Source: an uncultured Azospirillaceae bacterium
GTDB lineage: Bacteria > Pseudomonadota > Alphaproteobacteria > Rickettsiales > UBA3002
DNA length: 64,000 nt
Assembly (NCBI GenBank): GCA_964352815.1
Contig: CAYGTO010000003.1
Location: forward strand, 348 to 64,347
Direction of reading: 5' to 3'
The notes under the pieces are model-generated. The model searched no databases. It saw only the letters and a list, made by a program, of their open reading frames with translations, and was not told the origin of the DNA. Of this stretch, positions 54,706-64,000 are shown in pieces; position 1 is the stretch's first letter; each line of letters starts with the position of its first letter. A program made the position numbers and the translations under genes.

Positions 54706-56769
54706 ATGACCGACATACCCTCACCGAGCCCAATGGAATTTGATACATGGATCTACGCGATGGAGGCGTACCGGGCGAATATTGCGGGTGAAGAATCGCC
54801 GTTAGAAGACGCCTTTGGTAAAGCGTTTTATGCCAATAAAAGAACCGGTTTATCACTCAACAAAGCGTTTAATAGAGCAATCACAGATGCAGAAGCCAAC
54901 TTCACCGGCGAAGACCACGCGCTCTATGACACGATGCAAAGCCTTATGCTCGAATTTTATAATGTCATCATGGGCAACCAGAACCCCTACTCCAATCTGT
55001 TTCGCGTCTGGGTGATGCATGATGGCGGCGCGAAATGGCTTACACCTGACGCCTACAAAAATACAGACGGTTCGCCTAAAGACTTAGATCAACTGCGCAT
55101 CGAAATCAGCCGCGATGTCGGCGAACGGATGCTCACGCGGCATCAGGAGTTATGTGAGGAGGAGCCTGATCTGTTCAAGCATCCGCATAGCGTGCAAATG
55201 GACGAAAATGACGGCAAACCGTTCTACCTCGTACAAACCGAAGACGGCCAACACACGCCTATCACCGAAGATCAATTGGTCGCACTCGTGCGCAAAGAAA
55301 ATGGCCCCCATGTCGTGATGACCGGAAACCATTGCTGGCTCGAAGAGATCGCCCCTGATGTTACGATGGCCACGCAAGATATTGAGCGGCTCGTACAATA
55401 TGCCACGGGAAACGTCGATGCGGAGAAGCTGGATAGGGTGAGAGACGAGAAAGCCCTTATCCCCATGCATAAAAATGAGGGCTTCGCCTTCGCGGATGGA
55501 TCAGGTGCTTTAGACCAGCTCACACAGCGAGACAGCCTTCTGGTCACGCTGTGCTACACGAAGGAAAATAACTTCCTAAACCTAGCAGCGCTGTTTGAGC
55601 GCCTTGCTGACATTCGCACACATGTGGATGCGCCGCTTGAAGACACGTTCGAGAGAGGTTCCCCAGCGAGCCAGCAATGGGTGTCGACCGTGTTGAAAAT
55701 TGCAGCGATGAATCCAGATGATGTGCAGATGCCAAACGGCGAAGGGAAACCGAATTTCACCAAAGACGGTAAGCCGATTGAACTCAGACCAGATGCACCG
55801 GAGCGCATCAAAGACCTCATCTGTTACGCCTTCAGCCAAGGCGGCAATTCGATGCGCGATGCCATGCGCTTGCTCGTGCACACGCTGCATTCTGAGCAAG
55901 TCACCCCGCCGGAAGGAAAAGAGCGCGTCGCTTTTGGTCGCGAGTTTTTGCCAAATATCGCGATGGCCGTTGCCGGGCTGAACGAAACACCGATGCTTGA
56001 ATATTATGCCGATTCCGGCGCACATGTCGCCCTGATCACCAAAAATGGTGATAAAATCGCGCCGGCCCATCCTGACGCGATGCAGAATACTACGCGCGTC
56101 AATCCGCTGCTGGTCATTGACGGGAACGTGCACCATCCCGCTCACATCGTGACCGCGATCCTACGCGACATTCGAACGCGTGCGCGGATGATGAGTCATT
56201 TCGCACCGCTGGTAGGCAGTGCATCCGTCGCCACCGTTGATTTCGGAAAGGGCGGCGGGTTAGAATTCGAGCTCGGCCCAACCACCCATGAATCAGATTT
56301 CAACATCGCAAAAGACTCCTTCCTTGCTGAGCTAAAAGCACACGGCATCGAGGCTAGCATTAAACCCACCGGCACGAGCGAGCTCGGCCGCAAAGCCTAT
56401 GAACTCAACGCCGACGGCCTGTTCACCAACAAAAAAACCTTCAACACCATCGCTTCCGTCATCGCCAGACACGACGTCGCGAAACCGCAACAGATGGTGT
56501 TCAACGAAATCGGTTTGCTCGCGCTCAGAGTGCTGGAAAAGCAGGTTGCGCAAGGTGAAGACATGCATGAAGTCGGTTCCAAAATTGATAAGCTCTACAA
56601 AGGGATGAATCAACGTGGCCGAATCACGCGTGAAGAAATTCATGATATTCTTGGCGTTAATGGTACGCCAGCAGCCGGTAGCGACGCCCCAAGAGCGCCG
56701 GGTACCGCCGCGCTTCAAGACATCACCGCCTCACCAATGATCGAAGAGCAGCCGCAGCTCGCGATGTAA
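54706..56769 (+). CDS. Large hypothetical protein (687 aa)
   Basis: Uninterrupted ORF with SD-like AAGAGA upstream. No motif recognised. Confidence 0.65.
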   Translation: MTDIPSPSPMEFDTWIYAMEAYRANIAGEESPLEDAFGKAFYANKRTGLSLNKAFNRAITDAEANFTGEDHALYDTMQSLMLEFYNVIMGNQNPYSNLFRVWVMHDGGAKWLTPDAYKNTDGSPKDLDQLRIEISRDVGERMLTRHQELCEEEPDLFKHPHSVQMDENDGKPFYLVQTEDGQHTPITEDQLVALVRKENGPHVVMTGNHCWLEEIAPDVTMATQDIERLVQYATGNVDAEKLDRVRDEKALIPMHKNEGFAFADGSGALDQLTQRDSLLVTLCYTKENNFLNLAALFERLADIRTHVDAPLEDTFERGSPASQQWVSTVLKIAAMNPDDVQMPNGEGKPNFTKDGKPIELRPDAPERIKDLICYAFSQGGNSMRDAMRLLVHTLHSEQVTPPEGKERVAFGREFLPNIAMAVAGLNETPMLEYYADSGAHVALITKNGDKIAPAHPDAMQNTTRVNPLLVIDGNVHHPAHIVTAILRDIRTRARMMSHFAPLVGSASVATVDFGKGGGLEFELGPTTHESDFNIAKDSFLAELKAHGIEASIKPTGTSELGRKAYELNADGLFTNKKTFNTIASVIARHDVAKPQQMVFNEIGLLALRVLEKQVAQGEDMHEVGSKIDKLYKGMNQRGRITREEIHDILGVNGTPAAGSDAPRAPGTAALQDITASPMIEEQPQLAM

Positions 56770-56786
56770 TAGTTCATAGTCACGAA

Positions 56787-56898
56787 CGAGGTCAGCAGAC
56801 CGAGCCTTTAGTGCGGTGAGAGCGCCAAAAAATGATTAAATATCATTTTTAGCTCGAACGCGCTTAGGCTCATCGTGCGAAACAGTAGTGCAGCACGG
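56787..56898 (+). repeat. Dispersed element, family 3, with an internal AT-rich hairpin insertion
   Basis: CGAGGTCAGCAGACCGAGCCTTTAGTGCGG...[AAAAAATGATTAAATATCATTTTT]...CGCTTAGGCTCATCGTGCG. Confidence 0.55.
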
Positions 56899-56913
56899 TA
56901 GCGAATGTAAAAA

Positions 56914-58104
<1,191 letters not shown>

Positions 58105-58500
58105 TCAACGGTCATTTCGTGCTCGGTCCTCTCTCCGATTCTGCTGTACCTTGCCTAAATGCTCAGCCTCGTCTGCCTTAATCTCTGCCAGAGATCGGCT
58201 AGAATTGTATGGATAATGAGGATAGGCGGCATCCATGTTCTTGATGAAAAACTCTTTCTGACCGGGCGCAAGCTCGAGTACCTCCATCAATCGATCTATG
58301 TGCCCATCGCGCAATCGTCCCCGCCCTTCGAGCAATTTGCCGACCGGTGAACGCTCAGGCCTTCCTTTGCTTTCGATACCAATCTTCTTTTCCAACGCAC
58401 GAATATCAATTTTTTGTTCACCCTTTGAGGAGACAAATGTTCCCTGACTTCGAATCAATCGTTCGACATATTTCCCAAATTCCTGCGGCGACATAGGCAT
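58105..58500 (-). CDS. Hypothetical protein (131 aa), possibly HTH-containing, between queA and tgt
   Basis: ORF in the same orientation as queA/tgt. Weak XRE-like helix-turn-helix pattern only. Confidence 0.45.
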   Translation of the reverse strand: MPMSPQEFGKYVERLIRSQGTFVSSKGEQKIDIRALEKKIGIESKGRPERSPVGKLLEGRGRLRDGHIDRLMEVLELAPGQKEFFIKNMDAAYPHYPYNSSRSLAEIKADEAEHLGKVQQNRREDRARNDR

Positions 58501-58542
58501 GATCGCAGTATCTCGAAAAAGGGTTAAATAACTGATAAGAAA

Positions 58543-59574
58543 CTATTTTTTCTCCAACAAACATGCATCGCCATAGCTATAGAAGCGATATTCATGGTCA
58601 ATGGCATACTGATAGGCGGTCTGCATAGTGTCCAGGCCTGAAAAGGCGCTGACCAGCATAAAGAGCGTCGATTTGGGGAGATGGAAATTGGTCAGCAGGC
58701 GGTCAACGATCTTAAATGTGTAGCCAGGGGTAATGAAGATATCGGTTTCCTGAGCAAATGCAGCGATTTTGCCCTTCTCTACCGCCGCACTTTCCAGCGT
58801 ACGCATCGCCGTCGTGCCCACCGCCACCACCTCACCGCCGCGTGCTTTCGTGTCATTGATCTGCTGCGCCGTCACCTCATCGAGCACCGCATATTCGCTA
58901 TGCATCACATGCGATTCCGTATCTTCCACCTTCACCGGCTGAAACGTGCCCGCCCCGACATGCAGCGTCACATAGGCCGTCTCAATTCCGCGTGCCTTGA
59001 GGTCATTAAATGTACGTTCAGTAAAATGCAGCCCCGCCGTCGGGGCCGCCACGGAGCCTTCTTCTTTCGCATAAATCGTTTGATAGCGGTCCTTATCTTC
59101 TGCCGTATCGTCGCGCTTAATATAGGGCGGCAGCGGCATATGGCCATGGGTCTCAAGCGCTTGCCAGAAATCCGCGCCTTCGAGTGAAAATGCGACGACG
59201 ATTTGTCCATCCTCCTGCTTTGAAAGCACCTCTGCCTCAAACCCATCGGCAATACGCAGTACATCCCCCACCTTACATTTGCGGCCCGGCTTTGCAAAAC
59301 ATAGCCAGCGATTCCTTTCGCTTGTAGCTTGCTTATGAAGCAACAACTCGATTTCTGCCTCGCCTTTCTGCACGAATAGGCGTGCGGGAATCACTTTGCT
59401 ATCATTAAACACGAGGAGGTCGCCTGACTGCAACAGCTCGGGCAATTCGTGAAACACGCGGTCACTAATCCCATCCTGCCGCACATGCAACAGCTTGGAA
59501 TGATCACGCGGCTCAGTCGGATGAAGCGCGATGCGCGACTCGGGAAGTTCGAAATCGAAGAGGTCTACTTTCAT
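58543..59574 (-). CDS. queA: S-adenosylmethionine:tRNA ribosyltransferase-isomerase
   Basis: MKVDLFDFELPESRIALHP..., FNDSKVIPARL, LPPYI, VGTT. The upstream extension in the ORF track reads through a repeat. Confidence 0.9.
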   Translation of the reverse strand: MKVDLFDFELPESRIALHPTEPRDHSKLLHVRQDGISDRVFHELPELLQSGDLLVFNDSKVIPARLFVQKGEAEIELLLHKQATSERNRWLCFAKPGRKCKVGDVLRIADGFEAEVLSKQEDGQIVVAFSLEGADFWQALETHGHMPLPPYIKRDDTAEDKDRYQTIYAKEEGSVAAPTAGLHFTERTFNDLKARGIETAYVTLHVGAGTFQPVKVEDTESHVMHSEYAVLDEVTAQQINDTKARGGEVVAVGTTAMRTLESAAVEKGKIAAFAQETDIFITPGYTFKIVDRLLTNFHLPKSTLFMLVSAFSGLDTMQTAYQYAIDHEYRFYSYGDACLLEKK

Positions 59575-59580
59575 ACTATT

Positions 59581-59625
59581 GTCATCCTCGGGGCTTTTGT
59601 CAGCAGACAAAAGAGCCCGGGGATC
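59581..59625. repeat. Palindromic element, family 2
   Basis: GTCATCCTCGGGGCTTTTGTCAGCAGACAAAAGAGCCCGGGGATC. Confidence 0.6.
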
Positions 59626-59728
59626 CACAATCAAAAGATCAGTAGATCTTTTGATATTCATTAATGTCTCCTGACATCAATGAACTAGATTGCCTGCACG
59701 CGCTCGCTTGGCGTAGCAATGACAACCG

Positions 59729-60277
59729 CTACTGCACATCCGCCAGCAATTTCACGCTGATGACTTTATCAGGATTGGTGGGCGGCTCACCGCGCTCGAT
59801 TGCATCGACATGCTCCATGCCTTTGATGACCTGGCCCCAGACGGTATATTGCCCATCAAGCCATTCAGACGGCTCAAACACAATGAAGAACTGTGAATCG
59901 GCACTGTTGCGCTCCGCCGCACGTGCCATGGATACTACGCCGCGCGTATGCGGCACTTCGGAAAATTCTGCTTTCAATTTCTTACCAGAACCGCCGGTTC
60001 CCGTACCGGTTGGGTCACCCGTTTGCGCCATGAAGCCATCGATTACACGGTGGAACACCACCCCATCATAAAACCCTTCTTTGGTCAGCTCTTTGATACG
60101 CGCCACATGTTTCGGCGCGACATCGGGACGCATTTTGATATAGACATTTCCGTCTTCTAGTTGCATCACCAATGTGTTTTCCGGGTCTGCCCCATCGGGC
60201 GCTTGGGCTGCTGCGTCAGTCATAAAGAGTGCTCCTGTCATGAAGATATATGTTAAAAAGATTGATAGAAATTTCAT
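59729..60277 (-). CDS. Periplasmic peptidyl-prolyl cis-trans isomerase (cyclophilin type)
   Basis: Signal peptide. FHRVIDGFMAQTGDPTGTGTGGSG and VFGQV-type (VWGQVIKGM) motifs. Confidence 0.9.
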   Translation of the reverse strand: MKFLSIFLTYIFMTGALFMTDAAAQAPDGADPENTLVMQLEDGNVYIKMRPDVAPKHVARIKELTKEGFYDGVVFHRVIDGFMAQTGDPTGTGTGGSGKKLKAEFSEVPHTRGVVSMARAAERNSADSQFFIVFEPSEWLDGQYTVWGQVIKGMEHVDAIERGEPPTNPDKVISVKLLADVQ

Positions 60278-60284
60278 ACGATCC

Positions 60285-60318
60285 TCGTCATAAAATTGTC
60301 ATATATTGGTGCTAATAT
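60285..60318 (+). promoter_or_regulatory. Pho-box-like direct repeat plus -10 hexamer
   Basis: TCGTCATAAAATTGTCAT, 10 nt, TAATAT. Confidence 0.45.
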
Positions 60319-60353
60319 GCATGGATAAATAGAGAAGTCAAAGATTGATATCG

Positions 60354-60782
60354 ATGAAAAATGAAGAGAAACTCAACGAAAAAAATACGAAAGTGTTTAT
60401 TGACGCGCTCATATCCTATTATCCGGAGGATGAAAGCCTAGAAGCAAATGAAGTGCGTGAAGCGGCTGAGCGTCTGAAAAAGCAGATTAGCACTATGAGG
60501 AAGAATACAGCACTTCACCCAGTAACCGCCTCAAATGTCAGCGCAATTAAGCCAACCATCTCTACGACAGCGTATACTGTTATGAGTCTATTTTTCGATC
60601 AACTCTACCGACATCAGCAACTTTCCGTTCGAGAATCAGGGCAACAAGCTAAACAAGGAAGAAAAGGGGTAGACGGAGCGCATAATCGTTCCATAGCAGC
60701 TAAAGAAGCAACCATACCACCACGGATTGTAAGAGAAGCTGCTCCAATGGGCACTGTAGAAGACCATTGCCGTTCAATTTAA
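60354..60782 (+). CDS. Hypothetical protein (about 142 aa)
   Basis: ORF. ATG at 60354 preferred over TTG at 60345. No family recognised. Confidence 0.45.
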   Translation: MKNEEKLNEKNTKVFIDALISYYPEDESLEANEVREAAERLKKQISTMRKNTALHPVTASNVSAIKPTISTTAYTVMSLFFDQLYRHQQLSVRESGQQAKQGRKGVDGAHNRSIAAKEATIPPRIVREAAPMGTVEDHCRSI

Positions 60783-60789
60783 TTAGAAA

Positions 60790-61338
60790 TTATAACGCAG
60801 CGGCAGGGGTGATCGGGTCGCCATGTTCGAACTTCTCTTTCAACTCGCGCGCGGTGTTGGCCGATACCAGCTCGGAGATATTGCCGCCCAACTTAGCAAT
60901 TTGCTTCACAAAACGTGACGAGATAAAATGTGTGGATTCCGATGCTGTCAAAAAGACGGTTTCAATGTCCGGCGCGAGCTTGTTGTTCATGCACGCCATC
61001 TGAAATTCATATTCATAATCTGACACGGCACGCAGGCCACGAATCAACACAGATGCCTCTTGCTCTTTGGCGAAATTGACAAGCAGCCCGTGAAAGGTTT
61101 CGACTTTCACCCGCGCCTGGTCTGCCGCTGCGAGCGCATCCCGAACATCCGCTTGCACCAACTCGCTCCGCTTTTGCAAAGAAAAAATCGGTGACTTACC
61201 CGAATCTTCCGCCACCGCAATCACCAGCTTATCGACCACTTTCAGCGCACGCTTGATGATGTCCATATGGCCAGTCGTGATCGGGTCAAAGGTTCCGGGA
61301 TACACCCCGGTGCGGATCTGGCAATGTTCTTGAGTCAT
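60790..61338 (-). CDS. coaD: Phosphopantetheine adenylyltransferase
   Basis: GVYPGTFDPITTGHMDII (HxGH-type nucleotidyltransferase motif). ISSRFVKQIA. Confidence 0.92.
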   Translation of the reverse strand: MTQEHCQIRTGVYPGTFDPITTGHMDIIKRALKVVDKLVIAVAEDSGKSPIFSLQKRSELVQADVRDALAAADQARVKVETFHGLLVNFAKEQEASVLIRGLRAVSDYEYEFQMACMNNKLAPDIETVFLTASESTHFISSRFVKQIAKLGGNISELVSANTARELKEKFEHGDPITPAAAL

Positions 61339-61358
61339 GGAAAGAAACTAAAAAAAAC

Positions 61359-61907
61359 TTACGCCAGTTGCAAGGCGTTTTCGTGAATCGCACCAAGCGC
61401 CGCGCATTCTGTTGCTGTGCTGTGTGGGAATGGAGGCTGATGCGGTTCACGCCCGGTCAAAAGCATATGGATCTTCCCGATCGTTTCTTTTACTTCCGTG
61501 CATGCCGTGACCACCCAATAGCGTTCTTCTTCATTGCTGATAACGTGACGCGATTGCTCTTGAAGCGAATCCAGCGCCGCCATAAAGCGCGGCGTCTGCG
61601 CGAGCATGCGATTGAGGAAACGTTGACTCTGTGTATCGGACACATCGCTGGCAGCACATTCGAGTGCGGTTTTCAACGCGCCCATCACATTACCATAGAG
61701 ATGCTCAATCGATTTGACTCCCAAATGCATATCACCCGGATCTGAGCGATCGGCATCTTTGAGGCGCGTCATACGCAGACCGTCAAGCTGATCGCGATAG
61801 TCTTCCGTAAAATTCAGTAAGTCTGCGACATACCCGTCGATACGTTCCATCTCTTGGATCGCCGCATGAATATTTTCAGCAAGTATTATGGGAGGCGAAC
61901 CGTCCAT
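61359..61907 (-). CDS. Hypothetical protein (182 aa)
   Basis: ORF with SD AAGGAGAGGG upstream. No family recognised. Confidence 0.5.
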   Translation of the reverse strand: MDGSPPIILAENIHAAIQEMERIDGYVADLLNFTEDYRDQLDGLRMTRLKDADRSDPGDMHLGVKSIEHLYGNVMGALKTALECAASDVSDTQSQRFLNRMLAQTPRFMAALDSLQEQSRHVISNEEERYWVVTACTEVKETIGKIHMLLTGREPHQPPFPHSTATECAALGAIHENALQLA

Positions 61908-61968
61908 ACCCTCTCCTTTCCCTAGGAAAAGAATGATGGCTTAACGGCGCAAGTGCAAGGGTGGATAT

Positions 61969-61986
61969 ATGAAGATTCTATGACGG
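61969..61986 (-). promoter_or_regulatory. Weaker Pho-box-like direct repeat
   Basis: Gene strand reads CCGTCATAGAATCTTCAT. No convincing -10 at the expected phase. Confidence 0.3.
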
Positions 61987-61991
61987 TGAGT

Positions 61992-64000
61992 CTACGCTTC
62001 AGCAGAATTTTCTTCTGCCGAGACGTCCGTTGCCGCCTCTTCAATTCCCTCATCCTCTTCCTCAGCGGCAATCACATCGGCGCGAATCCGGACGGCGGAG
62101 ACAACTTTCTCTTTATTGTCGACTTTGAAGATCGTCACCCCTTGCGTCGCGCGGCCACAAATGCGGATATCCGAAAGGTTGGTGCGGATCAGTTTGCCCT
62201 GGTCGGTGATCAACATGATTTGGTCACCCTCATCAACCGCAAAACTCGCCACCACATCGCCGTTCCGCTTCGATGGGCTGATGCCGATAATCCCTGAGCC
62301 ACCACGGCCAGTCGAGCGATATTCAAAGGAAGAACTGCGCTTACCAAAGCCATTTTCCGTCACGGTCAGAATCATCTGATCCGCTTCGGTGAACTGCGTA
62401 ATCTTCTCATCACTCAGCGTCACATCGGACGTATCAATCGCCTCGCCCTCTTCCGCGCCCTCGGCGCGGCGGCGGGCGGCGGCGAGTTTCAAATACTGCT
62501 CACGCTCTTCGCTGCTCGCTTCCATACCGTTGATGATCGACATCGACACCACGCTATCATCTTTACCCAGCTTAATCCCGCGTACCCCATCCGATGTACG
62601 CGACTTAAACACACGTACCGCATTCACAGGGAATCGAATCGCTTTGTTTTTACTCGTTGCGAGCAGAAGATGTTGATCTTCGGTGCAGGAGCGCACACTC
62701 ACGAGGGCGTCATCTTCATCAAGACGAATCGCGATCTTACCGTTTTTCATGATATTTTTGAAATCGGACAGATCGTTCCGGCGCACATTCCCTTTCGCTG
62801 TTGCGAACATAATATGCATATCATCCCACGCCTCTTCATCTTCAGGCATCGGCATGAAAGTCTCGATCACCTCGCCGTCTTTGAGTGGGAAGATGTTGAC
62901 CAGCGCCTTGCCGCGCGCTTGCGGCGTGCCAAGCGGTAATGTATAAATCTTTGTTTTATAGACCTGGCCTTTGTTCGAGAAAAACAGCACCGGCGTATGC
63001 GTATTGGCGACGAAAAATTCGGTCGTGATGTCTTCTTCTTTCATGTTCATGCCGGAACGGCCCTTGCCACCTCGGCGTTGCGCACGGTAGGTTTCGAGCG
63101 GCACACGCTTAATATAGCCGCCGCTGGTTACGGTCACGACCATCTCTTCGCGCTGAATCAAATCTTCAATATCGTGCTCATATTCCGACATCTCGATGCT
63201 CGTGCGGCGTGGCACGGCGAACTCGTCTTTCACCGCCACCAGCTCCTCGCGCATCATGCTGTAGAGTTTCACACGATCGCCCAGAATTGACAGATACTCC
63301 TTGATCGATTCTGCCAGCTCACCCAGCTCACCGTCGATTTTCTCGCGCTCAAGACCGGTCAACCGCTGAAGTTTCAAGTCAAGAATCGCCCGCGCCTGCG
63401 CATCGGTAAACTTGATCCGGTTTTCAAGAATCTGGTTGCCCTGATCATCGACCAGCTCCAACAGTGGAATCACATCAGCCGCCGCCCAGTCACGGCTCAT
63501 GAGTTCCGCTCGCGCTTCGCCTGGGTCTTTTGCCGCACGGATTACTCTGATGACCTCATCGATATTCGCCACCGCAATCGCCAGACCGATCAATAAATGT
63601 GCACGGTCACGTGCTTTGTTCAGCAAGAAATTTGTGCGTCGCGTAATCACTTCTTCGCGGAAGGAAATAAAGCTGGTCAGCACATGTTTCACATCCATCA
63701 GCTGTGGCCGCCCGTTATCCAGCGCCAGCATGTTCACGCCAAAGCTGGTTTGCAACGGGGTGTAGGTGAAGAGCTGACTCAGCACCACATCCGGGAAGGC
63801 ATCTTTCTTCACTTCCACCACCACGCGCACACCCGATTTGTCCGACTCATCGCGCAGATCGGCAATCCCCTCAATGCGTTTCTCACGAACCAGCTCGGCG
63901 ATTTTTTCAATCATCCGTGCCTTGTTCACCTGATACGGCACTTCGGTGATGATGATCGCTTCCTTGCCATTTTTCATGGTTTCGATTTCCGTGCGGCCAC
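61992..64000 (-). CDS. gyrA: DNA gyrase subunit A, 5'-truncated by window edge (C-terminal ~670 aa)
   Basis: The frame stays open to nt 64000. ITEVPYQVNKARMIEKIAELVREKRIEGI and the beta-pinwheel C-terminal-domain repeats. Acidic C-terminal tail. Confidence 0.93.
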   Translation of the reverse strand, partial: GRTEIETMKNGKEAIIITEVPYQVNKARMIEKIAELVREKRIEGIADLRDESDKSGVRVVVEVKKDAFPDVVLSQLFTYTPLQTSFGVNMLALDNGRPQLMDVKHVLTSFISFREEVITRRTNFLLNKARDRAHLLIGLAIAVANIDEVIRVIRAAKDPGEARAELMSRDWAAADVIPLLELVDDQGNQILENRIKFTDAQARAILDLKLQRLTGLEREKIDGELGELAESIKEYLSILGDRVKLYSMMREELVAVKDEFAVPRRTSIEMSEYEHDIEDLIQREEMVVTVTSGGYIKRVPLETYRAQRRGGKGRSGMNMKEEDITTEFFVANTHTPVLFFSNKGQVYKTKIYTLPLGTPQARGKALVNIFPLKDGEVIETFMPMPEDEEAWDDMHIMFATAKGNVRRNDLSDFKNIMKNGKIAIRLDEDDALVSVRSCTEDQHLLLATSKNKAIRFPVNAVRVFKSRTSDGVRGIKLGKDDSVVSMSIINGMEASSEEREQYLKLAAARRRAEGAEEGEAIDTSDVTLSDEKITQFTEADQMILTVTENGFGKRSSSFEYRSTGRGGSGIIGISPSKRNGDVVASFAVDEGDQIMLITDQGKLIRTNLSDIRICGRATQGVTIFKVDNKEKVVSAVRIRADVIAAEEEDEGIEEAATDVSAEENSAEA

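Overview
The window looks like a chromosomal segment of an alphaproteobacterium-like genome. This is inferred from gene content and synteny: rpsP-rimM-trmD-rplS, leuC/leuD/leuB-asd, sdhCDAB, fdxA-carD, pyrB-pyrC-pyrF, metY-metA, queA-tgt, typA, gyrA.

Housekeeping genes are interleaved with many orphan genes, some of them eukaryote-like (ankyrin, LRR, Nudix-like). The sequence is also saturated with short palindromic MITE/REP-like elements with GTCAT...ATGAC termini. I found two tRNAs, Ala-GGC and Lys-UUU. I recognised no rRNA, CRISPR array, integrase or transposase.

Main observations, all read by eye without database searches:
1. Nearly every orphan gene is preceded by a PhoB-type direct-repeat box (CTGTCAT-N4-CTGTCAT) at a fixed phase from a -10 hexamer. 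None of the housekeeping operons has one. This points to a dedicated response-regulator regulon of orphan or effector-like genes.
2. lepA (EF4) is cleanly split into two intact ORFs by a 355-bp insert that carries a small gene on the opposite strand.
3. An element of about 100 nt occurs in three copies, one abutting tRNA-Ala. It has two hairpins maintained by compensatory changes, so it is a candidate structured RNA.
4. 14 of about 64 called proteins end in Ala-Ala.
5. Palindromic elements are inserted in frame in ccsA and trmD, and one supplies the C-terminus of tlpA.
6. The pyrB-linked dihydroorotase has QxH in place of the HxH metal motif.

Coordinates of starts, repeats and regulatory sites are approximate.
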